Positions 7,708 through 16,347 of a stretch of 21,462 bases of DNA are shown here, piece after piece (the stretch's first letter is position 1; every line of letters starts with the position of its first letter). The notes beneath the pieces were generated by a model. It saw only the letters and a program-made list of their open reading frames with translations, searched no databases and had not been told where the DNA came from. Both the position numbers and the translations under genes were made by a program. The stretch lies in NCBI GenBank assembly GCA_041640075.1, contig JBEQAY010000017.1, positions 1-21,462 on the forward strand, given 5' to 3'. The DNA comes from Candidatus Nanohaloarchaea archaeon (lineage in GTDB: Archaea > Nanohalarchaeota > Nanosalinia > Nanosalinales > Nanosalinaceae).

Positions 7708-9315
7708 CTAATCAAGTCTCTTCGACATGTAAGGGCCATCTCTTTCATAACCAAACTTTCTGTAATACTCCCTCGTTCCAACGGCTGAAATGACTGTAAC
7801 CTTGTCTTTTCCTAGTTCCCTGGCTTTTTCCTCGGCCTCTTCCATCAACCGGGTTCCGAATCCCTGGTGCTGGACATCTCCTTCATCACCTATGTCTGCG
7901 GCGCTTCCAAGAACCTTCAACTGCCTTACAAGTAAAGTATTTTCGTCTATCTCGTCCCGGAAGCTTTCTTCAGTGGTCCGCAAACGGGTAAATCCCATGA
8001 GAATGTCTTCTTCGGTATCTTCAAAGCTCAGGAAGTATTCATGCCCTCCGGAGGCCTCGTAATCTCGCTCAACCAGTTCAATATTTTCGTCCTTCGGCTC
8101 CACTTCGTGTGTTCTCTTCATATGCCCAACTTCTCTGCATCTGGTACATCTACATCTCTCTCCTTTCTTGTGAAGCTCCTGTAGAGCCATCTGACGCATA
8201 TTTGTCAGCTGTGGCCCGGCATCAACCTCTGTACTGGGTATATCTCGCATAACTCGCTTAACCCGGACGTGTGGAGGAATCTCGTCTCTCAGTATTTCTT
8301 TCAGCCTTTCCTTGGCTTCGTCATCGTCGATAGGATCGAACTCCCCTTCTTCATACTGTCTGTAGAGCTCTGTTCCCTGGATAACCTCGCAGGGATAGAT
8401 CTTCACTTCATCGGGCTGTAGATCAGCGTCTGAGAAGGTTTTCCTGAATTTCTTGATATCTTCCTCGTAGCCTTCACCTGGTAGGCCGAGCATCAGGTGG
8501 TAAGCAACCTTGAAACCGGCGTTCTTCAATCTCTTTGTGGCTTCAATCACGGGCTCCATGCCATGTCCTCTGTTAGTTATCTCGTGTGTCTCGTCAAAGA
8601 CAGTCTGGACACCCATCTCTACGCGGGTACCACCCATCTTGAGTATCCTATCAATATGTTTGGTCTCCGCTATATCAGGTCTTGTTTCGAAAGTTACTCC
8701 GACATTCCTGACCTCCGCAGTCTCATTGATCTCCTGTGCTTCTTCTATAGTATCTGAGCCTTCATATTCACTGGTATCTTCGATTTCGTCTTTGTCGGGA
8801 TAAGAGTTGAACCCGTCAAAGGCCCTCTTAAGGAACTCTATCTGGTATTCCGGGTCCTGGAACGGGAAAGTTCCTCCCATTATGATTAACTTGGATTTAT
8901 CGATGCTGTGACCGTTTTTCTCGTACTGTTCCAGCCTGTCGTGGACCTGGTCGAACGGGTCGTACTGGTTCCTGATTGCTCTACGAGTGGCTGGTTCTTT
9001 ACCTGTGTAGCTCTGTGGAGCGTCCTTTCCTTTAGGGCAGTAGATACAGCCACCACCACAGGGTGCAGGCCGTGCCATAATCGCAATGTTTGCGATTCCT
9101 GAGATTGAACGGGTCGGTTTCTTCATCAAAACTTTCTTAGCTTTCTTCTCATCCTCTTCACGGAAGCTAAGGATATCAGCATTTTTCGGCATACCTGAAA
9201 AGTCCGAGTTCCGGCAGAGCTCTTTCTTCCTGCTTTCAACTTCATCCTTAGAAGTTATCTCTCCGGCTTCTATCTCTTCAATTATACTTCTAGAGATCTC
9301 CTTCAACTCAGACAT
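7708..9315 (-). CDS. elp3: Elp3 radical SAM/GNAT tRNA uridine(34) acetyltransferase
   Basis: CGGGCIYCP cluster motif, PQSYTG.EPA, MGGTF, ETRPD, RV.RDIP, QH.GFG..LM GNAT motif, GTREYYRKFGY. Confidence 0.96.
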   Translation of the reverse strand: MSELKEISRSIIEEIEAGEITSKDEVESRKKELCRNSDFSGMPKNADILSFREEDEKKAKKVLMKKPTRSISGIANIAIMARPAPCGGGCIYCPKGKDAPQSYTGKEPATRRAIRNQYDPFDQVHDRLEQYEKNGHSIDKSKLIIMGGTFPFQDPEYQIEFLKRAFDGFNSYPDKDEIEDTSEYEGSDTIEEAQEINETAEVRNVGVTFETRPDIAETKHIDRILKMGGTRVEMGVQTVFDETHEITNRGHGMEPVIEATKRLKNAGFKVAYHLMLGLPGEGYEEDIKKFRKTFSDADLQPDEVKIYPCEVIQGTELYRQYEEGEFDPIDDDEAKERLKEILRDEIPPHVRVKRVMRDIPSTEVDAGPQLTNMRQMALQELHKKGERCRCTRCREVGHMKRTHEVEPKDENIELVERDYEASGGHEYFLSFEDTEEDILMGFTRLRTTEESFRDEIDENTLLVRQLKVLGSAADIGDEGDVQHQGFGTRLMEEAEEKARELGKDKVTVISAVGTREYYRKFGYERDGPYMSKRLD

Positions 9316-9368
9316 AAGTTGTCACTCGGGTCCGAAAGTTAAAAAGAGAAACTACCGAAAAACCGGGT

Positions 9369-10223
9369 ATGAAATACAGGGTACTGATTTTCTCAATTAT
9401 TTTTCTGACCTCGTCTACAGCAGCTTTCAGCTTTAACACGGATAAAGGTAAAGGAGCGATAATAGAACTCTCTGGAACAGTCCAGTCATCTTCTTCAGGA
9501 GGCCTGTACTCGACAGGAGGCATAACACCAGGAGAAGTCAGGAGTTTGAACGAAAAAGTCGAAAAAGAAGGATATGATGCTGTAATCTATGATATAAACT
9601 CGGGAGGCGGAGCAGTAGTAGCCTCAAAGGAAGTAATGCGCGAAATAGAGTCTCTGGATGCTACAAAAATCTGCAGATTCAGAGATGTTGCAGCTTCGGG
9701 AGCATATCTTTTCTCACTTGGCTGTGATATGATTGTAGCGGATTCAGCAACGTTGACAGGAAGTATAGGTGTAACAAGCTCATATCTGGAATTCTCGGAA
9801 GCGATGAACAAATACGGTGTCGACTACGTGAACATATCTTCTGGAGAGTACAAGGAAGTCGGCTCACAGTACCAGAATATAACGCCAGATGAACGGGAGA
9901 TCCTACAGGAGAAATCAGATAAGATTCACCAGCAGTTCCTGGATCTTGTAAAAGAGAACAGGAATATCACTCAGTCAGAACACAGAAACATCAGCACGGG
10001 AGTTATCTATCTTGGTTCAGAAGCTGAAGAGATTGGATTAGTTGACGAACTTGGCGGAAGGGAGAAAGCCAAGGAAATCGCTGAAAACGTGACCGGCAAG
10101 GATCTTACTTTCTCAAGGATTACTCGGCAGCAATCCTTTGACATAACCTCTTTCCTTGCATCTTTCAACCCCGGAAACTTTCTTGATTTCAACCAGTTAC
10201 CTCTGACAGCAACTCTCAGATAG
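9369..10223 (+). CDS. sppA: Signal peptide peptidase SppA (S49)
   Basis: N-terminal hydrophobic signal, INSGGG, AASGAY (catalytic Ser), TGSIGV, GEYKE, GLVDELG. Confidence 0.93.
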   Translation: MKYRVLIFSIIFLTSSTAAFSFNTDKGKGAIIELSGTVQSSSSGGLYSTGGITPGEVRSLNEKVEKEGYDAVIYDINSGGGAVVASKEVMREIESLDATKICRFRDVAASGAYLFSLGCDMIVADSATLTGSIGVTSSYLEFSEAMNKYGVDYVNISSGEYKEVGSQYQNITPDEREILQEKSDKIHQQFLDLVKENRNITQSEHRNISTGVIYLGSEAEEIGLVDELGGREKAKEIAENVTGKDLTFSRITRQQSFDITSFLASFNPGNFLDFNQLPLTATLR

Positions 10224-10301
10224 AAAGCTGAAAATTTTGAGAAAAATTAGGTTAGAATTAGAATTACATCTTCTACAAAAGAAGAGTTGAGAGAAAAAGT
10301 A

Positions 10302-11153
10302 TTATGGTGACGGCTGGTCAAAGTCGTCAGGTTCCTCTGGCTTCTCTGACTTGCTCCAGAGCGTCTTGAAGACCGGTGCCATCGTGTTCGATGCCAGATG
10401 ATCGCTCTCCGTCCAGAACGCGGAGTCCTGTGTGGAGTGAACGTCTTCGTGAGTCATTGACATCGTCACGGCATCGTCATCGACGATTGAGAAACGACCT
10501 TCCGGTGCGTGCAGTTCATCGTCTTCCTCGAGGTGCCGTACTTCTGCGACATCTTCAAGTTCCTGGTAATGGTCATAATTTTCCTCTGAGACAGGCGCTA
10601 GAATCTGTACGTTTACGCCCTGCTCTTTTGCCTCCTGAAGAGTCCCGTAATGGTTCTCCTGAAGGTCCTGAAGTCCTTCTTCAGAGGTAAGTATTCTGAT
10701 GCTGTCTCCAGCTTCTTGGAACATTGTTCCCTGGTGCTGCTGGATCTGTCTTGAGCCTTTGAGGCTTCCTGACATGTCTGCAGGATCTACAAGTTCAAGT
10801 CCCTGATCATAAAGACTTTCAAGTTCGTCAACTGCTTCGGAGTCCTTGAAGTCCTCCAGTCTGTCGACTTTTTCCTGTAGTTCCTGTCTGTGCTGTTTCT
10901 TTATGTTTTCGATCGCCTGCTGTGGAGGGATTGAAACGTACTCCATTGGCTGGGATGACTTGATGACAGCGAATCCCTTTTCTGCCAGAGACTCTAGGAC
11001 ATCGTAAGCTCTTGACCTTGGAACGTTTGTCATTTCCGAAAGCTCTCCGGCTGTTGAAACTCCTCTTCCGAGCAGTGCGGAGTAGATTTTTCGTTCGTAC
11101 ATGTTCAGCCCGATATCCTCGAGCTTGTCCAGAGTCTCTTGACTTGCTACCAT
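10302..11153 (-). CDS. TrmB-family transcriptional regulator
   Basis: wHTH GLN.YE.KIY..LL...TAGELS....VPRSRAYDVLESL plus C-terminal effector (PLD-like) domain; SD AGGTGA before ATG 11153. Confidence 0.92.
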   Translation of the reverse strand: MVASQETLDKLEDIGLNMYERKIYSALLGRGVSTAGELSEMTNVPRSRAYDVLESLAEKGFAVIKSSQPMEYVSIPPQQAIENIKKQHRQELQEKVDRLEDFKDSEAVDELESLYDQGLELVDPADMSGSLKGSRQIQQHQGTMFQEAGDSIRILTSEEGLQDLQENHYGTLQEAKEQGVNVQILAPVSEENYDHYQELEDVAEVRHLEEDDELHAPEGRFSIVDDDAVTMSMTHEDVHSTQDSAFWTESDHLASNTMAPVFKTLWSKSEKPEEPDDFDQPSP

Positions 11154-11284
11154 TTTTTCACCTTGACACAATGAATCATTCCTTTTAGTAAATTATAAAC
11201 CTTTCTCACTCATCAATCCTAACCCTTCCTTTAACAGAAGGAGGAATGATTTATCATCGTCTAGTAAACAATAGACTTGAATTC

Positions 11285-11929
11285 TTATAAAACCTTTCTG
11301 TAGAGTCTTCTGGCCTTATCACGAAGCCCCTTCACTTTCTTCCTGTAAATTCTTTTCTCCTCACCTATGCCTTCCCACTCCGGTCCGTCGAAGAAAGTAT
11401 TCACCTGGTTTCCGTACTCCTCGTAGTAACATATTTCGTTCATACCATATTTTTCATCCATAGGAACAGGATTATCCGAGTAACCTAGTGCAACCACGTC
11501 TGTGGGTACAACGTTGTCTGGACATGTCAGCATGTCTCCAAGAACCGGCCCCTCGAAACCTGAGAAACGCACAGTGGACAATCCGTTCTCCGAGGCAACG
11601 AGACGCATGTTCTGGACTGCAGTAGATGATTCTGCCTCGCAGGCCTCGATAGCTTTCTCTTTTCCGAAGCGCCGAGCCATACGACCTCTATCCGTCAGTA
11701 TAACAATCACTGTCGGCGCCTCTGTAACACGGTTATCGCCGACAACTTGCTCAACCTGTTCAAGAGTCTCCTCTGTCTCCACCACGATAAACTTCAGGCT
11801 CTGAACCCCTCCGGGTGAAGGCGCGTTTCTACCTGCCTCGAGAACCCGTCCAACCACTTTTCTCGATACAGTCTCATCCCTGCAGTGGTTGAAAGAGGTG
11901 ATCTTCTTACATTCCTCAAGTACTGACAT
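11285..11929 (-). CDS. Nitroreductase-family protein (divergent)
   Basis: LEAGRNAPS, FIVV, AVQNMRLVA..NGL.T, VALGY motifs. Confidence 0.82.
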   Translation of the reverse strand: MSVLEECKKITSFNHCRDETVSRKVVGRVLEAGRNAPSPGGVQSLKFIVVETEETLEQVEQVVGDNRVTEAPTVIVILTDRGRMARRFGKEKAIEACEAESSTAVQNMRLVASENGLSTVRFSGFEGPVLGDMLTCPDNVVPTDVVALGYSDNPVPMDEKYGMNEICYYEEYGNQVNTFFDGPEWEGIGEEKRIYRKKVKGLRDKARRLYRKVL

Positions 11930-11953
11930 CAACAAGGAATTAACTTCCTACAG

Positions 11954-11961
11954 GTTTAAAC
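11954..11961. promoter_or_regulatory. Palindromic TATA-like box GTTTAAAC, candidate bidirectional promoter
   Basis: Lies 22-24 nt from both the lig GTG (11984) and the divergent nitroreductase ATG (11929). Confidence 0.5.
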
Positions 11962-11983
11962 ATTCAGGTACTATAATTTAGAC

Positions 11984-13657
11984 GTGAAATTCTCAGAGGT
12001 AGCAGAAACCTTCGAAAAACTGGATGCCACCCAGAAGACTCTAGAGAAAACAGATATACTGGCTGAATTATACCATGAAGCAGGAGATGAGTTACCGGAC
12101 GTCGTACTGCTCTGCACAGGTCAGCCCTTTCCTTCATGGAAGAATATGGATCTAGGTGTCTCATCGAAAACTCTTGTCAAGATAATCGCAAAGGCGACAG
12201 GAAGAAACGAGGATGAAATAACAGAGGTCTGGAAAAACCAGGGAGATCTCGGACTCGCAGCAGAGAAAATGGTGGAGAAAAAGACCCAGCAGAGACTCAT
12301 GACACAGGAACTCGACGTAGAAAAAGTCATGAAAAGACTCCAGAAAGTCGCAGAGATGGAGGCACAGGGCTTGTCAGGAAGTGTCGATCAGGACAAGAAA
12401 CAGAAAGAACTTGCAGAGCTTATATCATCTGCAGAACCTGAAGAAGCAAGATACCTCGCACGAATAATAATAAACAATCTAAGACTTGGAATAGGGGAAG
12501 GAACAATAAGAGACGCGCTTGCAGAAGCCTTCTTCGACGGGGAACACGTAGAGGATATACAGCAGGCATATGACTTCACGAACGATTTCGCAGAAGTAGC
12601 AAAAGCCTCACAGAAAAGTATAGATGCTGTAAGATCGCTGGAACTTGAGCTCTACCGGCCGATCAAATCCATGCTGGCGAAGAAAGTTGAAACCATAGAA
12701 GAGGGTTTCGAAGAAGTTGGGGAGCCAGCAGTCATCGACTACAAGTACGACGGTATGCGGGCCCAGATACATGTCAAGGATGGAGAGGTCAAAGTTTTCA
12801 CCCGCCGTCTTGAGGACGTGACGGAGCAGTTCCCGGATGTAGTGGAAGCTGTTGAGGAAAACATCGACTCGGATAACTGTATAATAGATGCGGAGATTGT
12901 GGGTTATGATCCTGAAGATGGTTCTATGATACCTTTCCAGAAGCTTTCAAAGAGGATAAAGAGGAAATACGAGATCCAGAAGCTGAAGGCAGAGATACCT
13001 GTAACCGTCAGACCTTTCGACCTGATCTATCTGGATGAACCGATCCTGCAGGAGGAGTACTCCAGCAGATGGGAGAATCTTCAGAAAGTAGTCGGTGAAG
13101 AGGAGAAGGAGATGAAGCTGGTAGATCACGCTGAGACCAGTGACCCTGAAAAAGTACAGGAGCTGCAGCAGAAAAGTCTCTCTGCTGGGCATGAAGGGAT
13201 CATGATGAAGTCGATGGATGCGGAGTACAAGCCAGGTAACAGAGTCGGCTACATGGTGAAGCTGAAGCCTGTAATGGAGACTCTAGATCTTGCAATTGTA
13301 GGCGCCAAGTGGAGTGAAGGAAGGCGCAGCGACTGGTTAGGTAGACTTTACCTCGGATGCTACGACGAAGAAAACGACGAGTACCTGGAAGTCGGCAAGA
13401 TGGCGACAGGGCTTACAGATGAACAGTTCCAGGAGATAACTGAGAAACTGAAGCCGCTCATCACCAATGAAGACGGTAGAAAAGTTGAGGTCAGACCAGA
13501 AGTTATCGTGGAGGCAGAGTACGAGGAGATTCAGAAATCACCTAACTACTCCTCTGGTTACGCTCTAAGGTTCCCTCGTATGAAGCAGTTCCGTGAGGAC
13601 AAAGAGGAAGCGGATAGTCTGGAGAAAATTGAGAACCTGTACGATAATCAGAGTTAG
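11984..13657 (+). CDS. lig: ATP-dependent DNA ligase
   Basis: DNA-binding domain, motif I YKYDGMRAQIH, DAEIV, FDLIY, EGIMMK, YALRFPR. Confidence 0.97.
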   Translation: MKFSEVAETFEKLDATQKTLEKTDILAELYHEAGDELPDVVLLCTGQPFPSWKNMDLGVSSKTLVKIIAKATGRNEDEITEVWKNQGDLGLAAEKMVEKKTQQRLMTQELDVEKVMKRLQKVAEMEAQGLSGSVDQDKKQKELAELISSAEPEEARYLARIIINNLRLGIGEGTIRDALAEAFFDGEHVEDIQQAYDFTNDFAEVAKASQKSIDAVRSLELELYRPIKSMLAKKVETIEEGFEEVGEPAVIDYKYDGMRAQIHVKDGEVKVFTRRLEDVTEQFPDVVEAVEENIDSDNCIIDAEIVGYDPEDGSMIPFQKLSKRIKRKYEIQKLKAEIPVTVRPFDLIYLDEPILQEEYSSRWENLQKVVGEEEKEMKLVDHAETSDPEKVQELQQKSLSAGHEGIMMKSMDAEYKPGNRVGYMVKLKPVMETLDLAIVGAKWSEGRRSDWLGRLYLGCYDEENDEYLEVGKMATGLTDEQFQEITEKLKPLITNEDGRKVEVRPEVIVEAEYEEIQKSPNYSSGYALRFPRMKQFREDKEEADSLEKIENLYDNQS

Positions 13658-13684
13658 TAAGAAGAAAGAAAAATTTCTGGAGAT

Positions 13685-14140
13685 TTAATCTCTCCGTCTT
13701 TCAAGCCATTCAAGAAGAGTCTTCCTGTTCTTGTCCCTTCTCTCGGCTGCTATCAATGCGTCGTAGCTAGGATCCTCCATCTCTGAGATAGCCTGCTTTG
13801 CCTCTTCGACAGTACCTTCAAGTACCTCTGAGTAATCTCTCTGCACGCTGCTACTTGATGTCTCTGTCTCCTGCTGTGTGCTGCCGGTCTGCTGATCTCT
13901 CATGGACTGGGCGTTCTGAAGCTGTTCCTGAAGCCCATTAGTCCTGTCTTCCTTACTTTCTTCTCTCTTCATCTTCCATTCATCGCTTTCAAGCCATACG
14001 ATGAATGCACCGACCAGTATCAGCAGAGGACCGATGCCTCCAAGAATCAGGTTGAAAAGCTGTTCTGAGAAGGTTATCGACGTGTAAACTCCTGCTACGG
14101 TCATCAATGCTCCGATTAAAACTTTGATTGCTGGGTGCAT
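13685..14140 (-). CDS. Hypothetical membrane protein (2 N-terminal TM helices, Q/T/S linker, small C-terminal helical domain)
   Basis: Two hydrophobic segments; C-terminal TVEEAK...E...KNRKTLLEWL module. Confidence 0.8.
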   Translation of the reverse strand: MHPAIKVLIGALMTVAGVYTSITFSEQLFNLILGGIGPLLILVGAFIVWLESDEWKMKREESKEDRTNGLQEQLQNAQSMRDQQTGSTQQETETSSSSVQRDYSEVLEGTVEEAKQAISEMEDPSYDALIAAERRDKNRKTLLEWLERRRD

Positions 14141-14190
14141 GGTATCACAGAAAAGTAATTACAGATTTTTCTTTTATTTGTTTCGATTCG

Positions 14191-14294
14191 ATGATGACAA
14201 TGTCGGCCACCCTGCCGATGGTTAATACGCCAGAAGCCGGATTCTGTTCTGGAGATTTACTACAACCAGGAAGGTAGGCAACCGGCTTTTGACA
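14191..14294 (+). ncRNA. Candidate structured RNA (two hairpins), unassigned
   Basis: Stems 14201-14207/14214-14220, 14231-14240/14282-14291 and 14247-14252/14266-14271; G-U pairs favour the + strand; GC-rich patch in an AT-rich spacer. Confidence 0.35.
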
Positions 14295-14329
14295 GGGGGT
14301 TTATAATATTTTACCGAGATACCTAACTC

Positions 14330-14382
14330 ACGGAACATCCGTCCGCTAATTTATGGACGGGGTCAAGGAGGAGAAAAAAGAT
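14330..14382 (+). promoter_or_regulatory. rpl15e 5' leader with hairpin (candidate eL15 ribosomal leader)
   Basis: TATA TTTATAAT at 14300-14307; stem CCGTCCG/TGGACGG (14339-14360); SD GGAGG before ATG 14383. Confidence 0.5.
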
Positions 14383-14958
14383 ATGGGATACTACAAATAC
14401 GCACAGCAGAATTACAACCAGCCAAAGGAACAGCTAGACGAGCTATGGCAGCAGAGACTGGTAGAATGGAGAGAAGAAGGCGCAGTTGAGAAGATCGACA
14501 ATCCAACAAGAATACCAAAGGCCAAACAGAAAGGCTACAAAGCCATCAACGGAATAACGATGGTACGTACAAAAGTAAACAAGGGAGGAACAAAAAGAAG
14601 AAGACCTGACGCAGGAAGAAAACCGCGTAACACAGGTCAGAGCAAGTACTCCAGCAAGAAATCCAAACAGGTAATAGCAGAACAGAGAACATCCCGAAAG
14701 TTCTCCAACCTTGAAGTACTGGACTCCTACTGGGTAGCAGAAGATGGAAACCGCAAATGGTTCGAAGTAATAATGGTCGACCCAGACCACCCTGAGATCC
14801 AGAGTGATGACGACCTTAACTGGATCACAGACGACAGAGAAAGAGCAGAGAGAGGAGTCACACCTGCAGCAAAAAGCTCAAGAGGACAGGACAACAGAGG
14901 AACAGGCGCAGAGAAAGTAAGGCCATCACAGTCAGCAAACAATAACACAGGCAAGTGA
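14383..14958 (+). CDS. rpl15e: 50S ribosomal protein L15e
   Basis: MGYYKY start, WREE..V.KI..PTR, GYKA, GRKP, NLEVLDSYWVAEDG..KWFEVIMVDP.HP. Confidence 0.96.
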   Translation: MGYYKYAQQNYNQPKEQLDELWQQRLVEWREEGAVEKIDNPTRIPKAKQKGYKAINGITMVRTKVNKGGTKRRRPDAGRKPRNTGQSKYSSKKSKQVIAEQRTSRKFSNLEVLDSYWVAEDGNRKWFEVIMVDPDHPEIQSDDDLNWITDDRERAERGVTPAAKSSRGQDNRGTGAEKVRPSQSANNNTGK

Positions 14959-14995
14959 GACACCTGAATGTACTCAGCCCTCTTACACACAACAA

Positions 14996-15028
14996 GGCTT
15001 GTCGCGTACTACGCACAAGCCCTACTTT
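14996..15028 (+). terminator. Strong hairpin downstream of rpl15e
   Basis: GGCTTGT-c-GCGT-act-ACGC-ACAAGCC (11 bp, one bulge) followed by CTACTTT. Confidence 0.45.
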
Positions 15029-15091
15029 AAACTTCTCAAAAACCTACATATCTTCTAATTCTCCAGAAATTCTTTCCCTGGTGAACTGCGG

Positions 15092-15670
15092 ATGAACTAC
15101 ACCGATATATGCGTCTCAGAACCTTCAGACGAAGTAGTATCGAAGGCACAGCAGATAGGATGGGAAAATCCCCGAAATTATTCTACAAAGCTGGTTGAGG
15201 CGGACGACTGGGGCGAACTAAAGAAAGAACTCCGTGAACACCGCGAAGAAAATCATGTAATTATATTTCTGGGCGGAGACGAAGAGCTGAACAGAAAGGC
15301 TGTCTCGGACCCCAGAGTCGACGTAATCCTTCATCCCGGAAGAAACAGGAAAGACTCCGGTTTTGACGAACCAATGGCTGAAAAAGCAGCTGAAAATAAC
15401 GTTGCACTGGGACTGGACTTCAGGATGCTATCAACAAGCGACAAGAGAAGAGTCCACACACTCTCTAACTGGAGAAAAAACCTTAGACTATGTGAAAAGC
15501 ACGAAGTACAGTATCTCATAACTACTGCAGCAGACGAAAAACACGATCTAAGGGCGCCGAGAGACCTTGAAGCATTCATCGATTCTCTGGGATACTCGGG
15601 AAAACAGGCGCTGGATACTCATAGAGAGATACTGGAGAAGAACAGGGAGAAACTGGGTGAGGGAAAATGA
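15092..15670 (+). CDS. rnp3: Ribonuclease P protein component 3 (Rpp30)
   Basis: GGD..LNRKAV.DPRVDVI.HP, AAENNVA, LRAPRDL motifs; conserved position after rpl15e. Confidence 0.92.
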   Translation: MNYTDICVSEPSDEVVSKAQQIGWENPRNYSTKLVEADDWGELKKELREHREENHVIIFLGGDEELNRKAVSDPRVDVILHPGRNRKDSGFDEPMAEKAAENNVALGLDFRMLSTSDKRRVHTLSNWRKNLRLCEKHEVQYLITTAADEKHDLRAPRDLEAFIDSLGYSGKQALDTHREILEKNREKLGEGK

Positions 15671-15990
15671 AAGATCTTCAACCTGCGATGAGGGAAGACA
15701 CAAGATACCTCAAGTTCAGGATTCACTCAGACCAGGAAAGAAGCATATCTGAGGTAGTGGAGGCTTTCTGGTCCACTGCTATCAGTTACATGGGTACAAA
15801 AGACCTGAGCAAAGCGCAGCCTTGGTTTATCGCAAACAAATTTGATGAAGAAAAACAGGAAGGTGTTATAAAGGTAAACAAAGAGTATGTGGCCGAACTG
15901 AGGGCTGCACTTATACTTGTAGATGCTTTTGGGCAGGATAAATCATTTTTAACAGTAGAGAAGATTTCTGGAAGCGTTTCCAGCCTATGA
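15667..15990 (+). CDS. rnp2: Ribonuclease P protein component 2 (Pop5/Rpp14)
   Basis: L.P.MRE..RYLKF, GVIKV, LRAAL, ISGS motifs; ATGA overlap with rnp3. Confidence 0.9.
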   Translation: MKDLQPAMREDTRYLKFRIHSDQERSISEVVEAFWSTAISYMGTKDLSKAQPWFIANKFDEEKQEGVIKVNKEYVAELRAALILVDAFGQDKSFLTVEKISGSVSSL

Positions 15991-16320
15991 ACTGGAGTTC
16001 GATTCGTTGGAACTCAGTCCGGGTAGGATCTCCAGTGCTCGGTTAAAGTCTTCCCAGAGATTCTGCCATCCTTTTATCGACTGACCTACTAACCCTGTTG
16101 CATTTTCATCTTCTTCAACCCTACCTCTGTTGTTCTGAGGGCTCTCACTTTCTCCATCCTCTACAGTTGTTGTGCTATTCTCCGTAGGTGTCGTGTTAGC
16201 CGGAGCATCAGAGGTGGTTTCCGGTACGTCTCTAGTGGCGAAGTTCATAGTTACAAATCCACTTATGAGGATTGTCATGACGCCTACAAGAAGTACAAGT
16301 TGACGGGTGGCATCATTCAT
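15985..16320 (-). CDS. Hypothetical membrane-anchored/secreted S/T-rich protein
   Basis: N-terminal TM/signal helix, several N-X-S/T sequons (NTT, NST, NAT, NES, NSS); start set to ATG 16320, about 28 nt from a TATA box. Confidence 0.7.
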   Translation of the reverse strand: MNDATRQLVLLVGVMTILISGFVTMNFATRDVPETTSDAPANTTPTENSTTTVEDGESESPQNNRGRVEEDENATGLVGQSIKGWQNLWEDFNRALEILPGLSSNESNSSS

Positions 16321-16347
16321 TCTGTAATATTGATTGGGGTAGTTTGA

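Noticed and set aside
14234..14248. Complete RNase P RNA gene based on a CR-V-like motif
   Set aside because: No CR-I, insufficient length and simple hairpin topology rather than the P4 pseudoknot; retained only as an unassigned RNA candidate
14191..14277. 28-aa ORF MMTMSATLPMVNTPEAGFCSGDLLQPGR
   Set aside because: No SD, non-acidic composition, and the region is better explained by RNA structure
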